This document shows positions 56,333-64,000 of a stretch of DNA of 64,000 nt, piece after piece. The first letter of the stretch is position 1; the number at the start of each line of letters is the position of its first letter. The notes below the pieces were generated by a model, which searched no databases, was not told the DNA's origin, and worked only from the letters and a program-made list of their open reading frames with translations. The stretch is from the human T2T-CHM13v2.0 reference genome, Homo sapiens: the NCBI RefSeq assembly GCF_009914755.1, contig NC_060928.1; one strand, 5' to 3'. The translations under genes were made by a program, and so were the position numbers.

Positions 56333-58779
56333 TCAATTGCGCACTCACTAAATGCACAACCAACCTCAGGGCTCCATTTGTCTGGTCTTCTCACGCTAAA
56401 CAGCAAGAGTGCAGGCCCAGGAAGATGATGTAATGTATCCAAGTCCCTGCGGACTGTGGCAGTCAGGAGAAGCCGGCTCCTCTGCCCCCTTTCCCTGCCC
56501 TGTGGCCCACACTGCTTCGCAGCCTGCCCTGTGCAGATAATCGGCTGGGCAACCCAGGTTGAGTGGATGAGACTGCTCACCACCAAAGGTGACTCCCGGG
56601 GGACCTGGCCTCCTGGCACACCTGGAGCCCACTCCTGGTCCCTAGCACTCAGCCTGGGGTGTTCTGCTGCAGACATGTACACACATTCTCCCATGCACGT
56701 GCTCTTGAAGGTGCCCTGGGTAGTTCCTTCATCAAGAAGTAAAGATCTTCAGTATCCTGGACCAAAGTTCCATTGCTCTCAGCCCCGACAGCCCTTTGTC
56801 TAAATAAGGTGGCCCACGCATCCTCCCATGATCTGCCTTCTGGATCTTCTCTCCTTGCTGTCGAAAGGGCTGATGATGGGAGTCGGTTCAGACCAAGCAA
56901 AGTATCCAACAAGAGTCAAACACAGCACGCGCGCCCCCAGGACCCCCAGCTCTGCCCCAGGTCTCTGCCTGGTTATCGTGTGGACACAATGGACCTATTC
57001 ATGGAGAGGGGCTCTGAAACTCGAGCAGGTGTTGCTGAAGGTGTCTCTGAGATGAATGTTAACCTGCTGAGTCAGGCTCCCTCCAAATTAATCTGAAATG
57101 CCCTTTAACCCACTTTTGGCACAGCACTCATGCTGAGCAGGAACTGGAGCTGCAGGGGTCAAGCCATCCCCAAAGCCTTGGCAGGAGGCACATGATCCTA
57201 TCAATCAACATTGGGGTGAGGGAGGCGGGGCGGGGGGGTGTTGTGAGATCGCCATGGTGTGTAGACCGCAGTGGCTCCACGTGGACAAGCCTTCTGGAAA
57301 CGCCTTTGCTGTTATTACAATCAAAAGCTTTCACCACATTTTACAGCTTTGCCCCCTACTCTAACCACTCCCTTCTTCATGGAGCAAGTTTCCAGCAGCT
57401 GAATGCCATATAATCAGAACACCCTCTGGTCACCATGGAAGCCAAAAGAAACATACTTTTTGAAAAGTGACACTTCAGTGCAGAGAGGTCTGTTGATAGG
57501 AGCTTAAATAATGATGTGCTGGGAGACATTATTTTAGTAAATTCTTAGAACACATTTTTTTTTTTCCTCAGGGCATGGCTGGTTAGTAGTGCTCTTACCC
57601 ACTTCTAGCTTCAATTGCTGGACACCTCGCCTACCATGCCTGCTTCTTTAGGCAGCTTAATCGAGGCTCATTACAGAGAGTATAGTTTAAGTGGAAAAAA
57701 TGTTGTTAGGTGTCTCTGGGAAGTATATGACAAAATGTTGACAAAAGTTAATTCAGGTGGGAAGACAGATTTTAACGTGCATCCGTGAGAAATATTCTCT
57801 ACCAGCTGGGTAGCAAGCAGTGAGATAGGAAGTCCATTTACTGGGGTCCACTAGGACCCACAGGATCAATTTCTCTCCTTTGCCTCAGTGGTATTCTGCA
57901 TGCTTCTTGAACTCTCCTTTAAGACATGGTCTCTGATCCCCTAAAGGGCTAATGCCAAGTGAATATCTTACTCAAATTGAAATATAATTTGATGAAAATT
58001 ACTTTTCCAAATAAATCTCACTGAGATTAATAGCCCTTCAAACTTTCCCATCTGTGCTAATGAGAGCCCCTTTACTCAGACTTCAGAAGATCTTGCAGCT
58101 GTGGCATCTGTTCAGGCTCTTCTTTCGTATTCACTCATCAGCCAATCAGCAAGTTCTGCCTCATGGGTGCCCTTCAAATTCAACTCTCCCCCTCACTTAC
58201 AGCCCATCATAAAGGATAGATGCGGTGAAGTCTGGAGTGGAACAGGAGGGGAGGAGGAGCCTGTTGGACTATCCTTTGGTATGGCTTTCATAGACTTTCA
58301 TCAATTGCACGTTTTTGACACACTCTATTCTCTGCAACCCCCGACCCACACCCAGATGGCAAATGGGCTCAGCACCCCTCCTTCTGACCTGACCACGCTC
58401 ACTTCTCCTCCTTTGCCCAAACTATCCATGATCACAATGTTCTATTTTATCTTTTACCTCTGCCATGAGAGCAGCATGTCTCATTTAGAAGTTGCTTTTT
58501 TCAGCCTGGGTCCCAGAATGAAGAGGAAATCGGAGGGGAGGTCATTCCTCAAGGCCACGCACATGAGTGAGGAATAAACCTGAGCTATTCTAAGACAGAC
58601 GTGGTGTGGAATTGCTTGTTGCAACAACATAACTCAGCCTCACCTTACTGATAAAGGGGGTAATATGTACACTCTTACTAATGGTGAGTTTACACATATA
58701 TTTGCTCATTCTGTTCTCACAGCAAGCCTATTGGGTAACATTTACTTTCTACATTCTACTGATAAAATATTAACACTCA

Positions 58780-59122
<343 letters not shown>

Positions 59123-59193
59123 TCAAAAAGTGACAGAATAGATTAAGTTTGATCTTTGACAGCTAAATCCGTAACTTTCTCCACTGGACCATG

Positions 59194-59589
59194 CGTAATG
59201 GGTTGACTTGTGGCCCCCAAGAAGATATACTGAAGTTCCCAGCCTCAGGACCTGTGAATGTGACCTTATTAGAAATAAGCCCTTTGCAGACATAGTCAAG
59301 TTAAGATGATGTCATTAAGGTGGGCCCTAATTCAATATGGCTGGTGTCCTTACAAGAAGGAGAAGCACAGAGGAACACAGAGAATGCCCCGTGACAATGG
59401 AAGCAGAGGTTGGAGTGATGTATCTACCGGCCAAGGAATACCGAGGATTGCTGGTGACACCAGAAGGCAGGGGAAAGCGCAGAACATGTTCTCCCCTTGA
59501 GACTTCAGAGAGAACACGGCCCTGCCCGCACCTGGATTTCAGACTTTGGGAATCCAAATTTGCTATAGCAGCTCTAGGAAGCTAACACA
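59194..59589 (+). mobile_element. MLT1C-type LTR
   Basis: GTAATGGGTTGACTTGTGGCCCCCAA...GCAGCTCTAGGAAGCTAACACA. Perfect 5-bp TSD CCATG at 59189-59193 and 59590-59594. Confidence 0.88.
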
Positions 59590-59713
59590 CCATGACTGCC
59601 TCAATTTCAGGGCAGAAGTCACCAGAAACTCTCAGTGAGTAGGTTTGGTCATGGAAGTGGGCTGTGTAAAAAAACCCTGCATTTTTCCATTAGCAGCCTA
59701 GTGTCACGATCCC

Positions 59714-60106
59714 GTTTATATTGCTTTCCAATGGCTGTCAGGACAAAGTAACACAGGCTGGGTGGCTTAAACAAAAGAAATCTAGTTTCTTACAGTTCTG
59801 GAGGCTGGGAGTTTGAGATCAAGATGTCATCAGGGTTGATTTCTTCTGAGGCCTCTCTCCTTGGTCTGCAGGCAGCCGCCTTCCCCCTCTGTCTATATGT
59901 GGTCTTCCCTCTGTGCCCGTCTGGGTCCTAATCTCCTCTCCTTATAAAGATACCAGCGATACTGGATTAGTGCCCACCCTAGTGACCTCATTTTACCTTA
60001 ATTACTTCTTTAAAGATCCTATCTTCAAATACAGTCACATTCGGAGATATTAGGGGGCAGGGCATAAACACATGGGTTTTGGGGGTGTACAAATTAGCCC
60101 ATAACG
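59714..60106 (-). mobile_element. MLT1A/B-type LTR
   Basis: GGGTGGCTTAAACAAAAGAAAT...ACAGTTCTGGAGGCTGGGAG...AAATACAGTCACATTC...AGCCCATAAC. Confidence 0.85.
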
Positions 60107-60752
60107 TGGCCTGATATTTTTAAACATCTAAGTAGCTCCTTGCGATGCTGGCATACATAGCCTGGCCACCTAAGCAGCCTGGGACAGAGGCTGAAAACAC
60201 AAGAGTGGCCGTGCAAGTCCCTTTAAGCTGCCACATGCGTCCCTAGGTCCGACAGCCAGACCACTCGCACCTTGGCCTGAACCGTCCTCACAGTGTTCCA
60301 CGCTGGTTCTGAATCATGTGCCTGGTTCCATGCGTGGCTGTTGGCTCCACTTTCTCGACCTCAGCGATCTTCACTACAAGGAGGCTCTCCCTTGGGCTGT
60401 GCTGACCACTGGTTCCTGGTTAAACTTTCTCCCACCATCCCCAGTCTCTTTCATCTCCTACTTTGACACAGCTCTCCTTGGAGGTGACTCTCCTTCCAGG
60501 CCTCTTTCTGACTCCAACCTTATAATCAAAATTTAAAACAAAACTGAAAGACACATTTTGAGATATGTAAGATTACTAGACGTAAAGGGTAATCAGTTCA
60601 CTAAATGCAAATTGCTTTCATATGAGCAAAGCATGATTGTAGTTTTTTCTCCTCCTTATTAGTTTAGAAGTGTCGAACATCAAAGTGATCATTCATTTCC
60701 CTGAAACTCTGAATGTCTTAATCATCATTATAATGCTTTTTCGCTATAGTAA

Positions 60753-61081
<329 letters not shown>

Positions 61082-61956
61082 TAAATAATCTGGTGCCGTG
61101 ATGGAAAATAAAGAAAGTAAGAGGGAGAGAGAGCGCTGGTGGGGTGGCTGGGGAAGACGCATCCGCCACGGTGACCTTGTGGGGCAGATCTGAAGAATGC
61201 AGCGATGCCCAGCTTGGGCCTTTCTGGGGAACAAGCAGAAGGGAAGCAGCCAGGAGGAGCAGCGTGCTCAAGCACGCCCAGCGGGACACAAGCAAGCGAA
61301 GAGAAGGGTGGTGGGAGCGAGGCCCCGAAGGGGCTGGGTGACCTATAGGGCCAGGTCTGCAAGAGCGTTAGATTCCACTTGGGGTACAACAGAACCCGCT
61401 GGAGGGTTTGAACAGAGGAGTGGTGTCATCAGGACTGCTTTCCCAGGGCTGCTCTGGTTGTAGGGCAGGCACTGCTTTCAAAACAGGGCTGCTCTAGTTG
61501 TGGGGCAGGCAGCGAGAGGGAGCTGGAGTAGAGGAGGCTCCAGGCAGTCAGGGTGGTGGCTTCAGCCAGGGGTCAGCAATGGAGGTTGGGGGAGGAGAGG
61601 CTGAGGATCGACCTTGAAAGGTCAGCTGATTTCACTGTGAGACAGAGGAAGGTCAGGGAGATCAGGAGGAACCAAGGGAAAGGATGAAGGAGGAGTGAGT
61701 AAAGTAAAAGGAAACTGAGAGAGGACAGGGTCCTGGGACCTGTGAGCCGTCAGGCAGATGCAGCTCCCAGCCAGGGAACTAAGGCTGGGAATGACCAGGA
61801 CGCCCGGGAGGACACTGTTCCAAACAGAAGCTTCGCTGGATTTGGTGCAAGAGAGAGTAGGAAGACAGGAAGAGGGCATGCCGAACAGAGATCATTTATT
61901 TCAGGAGGTACCTACATTGAAGGAGGCTCACAAGCTGGGGCAATGTCCCCATGTAA

Positions 61957-62370
<414 letters not shown>

Positions 62371-62769
62371 AGGAAGCTTGAATTCTGCAGAAGGCTGAGG
62401 ATGTGGGCTCTCTCGAAACACGATTGTTCAAGTACTTTCTGCATTGATTGCCTTTGGTCCAGTTTTAATTTAAATCAGATGTTTTCTTAAAAGGTGGGGT
62501 GGTAGGAAGTATACCTTACTCTGCTGTTTTACCCCAGAACATGATATCTAGTAAGAATTTGTGTCACAGGTGATTTCTAGGAGTGCGAGACAAAATGCCG
62601 TGGCACAAATAGTAATGCTGAGTAGTTAACATCCCTGTTGTTGCCTTGATTTCCACAGAGGAGCACGATGATTCAGTCTCTCGCTGCTTCCCGGACTGTC
62701 TTGGGGAGATCTCTATCCTTGGGTCTCAGGTCACTCGCACAACCTTCTGGCCACTCTAAGATGCAGGCT

Positions 62770-62873
62770 TAGGCCCTGGCCAGTTACTGTGTGAGAACGG
62801 GACCTCTGATGCCTACTCGCCTAGGCGCTGGCCAGTTGCTGTGTGAGAACGGGGTCTCTGATGCCTGCTCCCC
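62770..62873. repeat. 2 x 52-bp imperfect tandem repeat
   Basis: TAGGCCCTGGCCAGTTACTGTGTGAGAACGGGACCTCTGATGCCTACTCGCC / TAGGCGCTGGCCAGTTGCTGTGTGAGAACGGGGTCTCTGATGCCTGCTCCCC, 6 mismatches. Confidence 0.9.
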
Positions 62874-63574
62874 CATCTCAGCTCTGCCACGACGTTCTTT
62901 GGTGCCTGAAACAAAACATTGAATTTCCCTGCACTTTATTTACTAGTGTCTAAATGTTGAAATAATAATAATATACTGTGGAACAAACTTATTTCAGCAT
63001 CTGTTCATCTCTTGGTAGTTTACTGGCAGTAAAGATAAAATTCTAGACTGGCTTCCCCGCTACTCAGAATGTTTCTGGGCCACTTTCCTCAACTGCTTAA
63101 CCGGAAGTGTTTGAAAATTGCAAACAAATGTTACCATTAGCCTTAGCAAAATGATGCTAAGTTACGCTGCCTCAAAACAGATGCAGCATTTCCCTCTTAC
63201 CCATGACCTGGATTGAACAAATCACTGCTTTCTTTCCTTGACTTTATGTTAAACTCCACTTCAGTCAAATGTGAATTTACCCCAAAGGGAGAATAACTTT
63301 ACGAAAAGATCCACGGTAAGATACACTAAAACAGAAAGCATTCCAAGGGCATTTAAACTGTGGTTGTGTTTTCACTAGTTGATCCACACACCGCTCTTCA
63401 GAGAGAGAGCTTATGCCTAAAGTAAGATGTAGAGACACACACCACGCCGGTGGCTGTTTCTTCCAGCTCAGATCTCTCCTCTTTAAAATGCTTTTTCACA
63501 CTACTCCAACTGGAAGGAACGCCTCCTCTCCCTGGTCCTCTGCAGCACGCTGGGGCCCTACTCCCTATTCTCTG

Positions 63575-63937
63575 TGTATTCATTCGCTTGGGCTGCCATT
63601 ATAAAGTACCACAGATGGAGTGGCTCCAACAACAGCAACTTATTTGTTCACAGTTCATGAGCAAGGTGTTAGCAGCATTGGTGTCTCCTGGGCCCCTCTC
63701 CACCGCCTGCGAGGGCCGCCTTGCTGTGTCCTCAGATGGCCTTTTCTCTGCACGTGCGCATGCCTGTGTCTCTTCGCCTTCCTATACTGTCATATTGGAA
63801 TAGCCCGCTCTAATGGCCTTGTTTTAACTTGGTCACCTTTAAAGACCTTATCTCCAAATGTGGTTACATTCTGAGGTACTGGAAACCCAACTTGAACTGG
63901 GGGACAGGAGGATGAGGACACATTTGGGCTCACAACA
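63575..63937 (-). mobile_element. MLT1A/B-type LTR
   Basis: TGTATTCATTCGCTTGGGCTGCCATTATAAAGTACCACAGA...AAAGACCTTATCTCCAAATGTGGTTACATTCTGAGGTACTGG. Confidence 0.83.
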
Positions 63938-64000
63938 CCTTGCTACACACTTTAGAATATTAGTGGGCACCCATTCGCGAGTGTTCTGCCTCCCCTGCTT

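Overview
Primate (human-like) genomic DNA lying entirely inside the ENPP6 gene (GPI-anchored choline-specific glycerophosphodiesterase), which is transcribed on the minus strand. The only real coding sequence is one 180-nt internal exon at 9352-9531. I recognise it as exon 2 from the peptide [61 protein letters not shown]. Bases 9532-64000 are the upstream intron and 1-9351 the downstream intron. The rest is interspersed repeats: about 13 Alu/FLAM copies (many with readable TSDs, one young AluY), a ~6 kb dead L1PA, several older L1s, L2/MIR relics, MaLR and ERV LTRs, and DNA-transposon relics. There is also an intronic CpG-rich island at ~24.3-24.7 kb. Nearly all ORFs in the supplied track are repeat-derived or spurious. 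I see no convincing new gene system. The most unusual structure is a ~3.3 kb nested inverted arrangement at 14972-18300: two inverted L1PB 3' ends, flanked almost in register by a Tigger transposase DDE segment and an inverted ~157-bp copy of it inserted into a GGAA tract with micro-templated junction repeats. Repeat subfamily names are from memory of consensus sequences and need RepeatMasker/Dfam confirmation.
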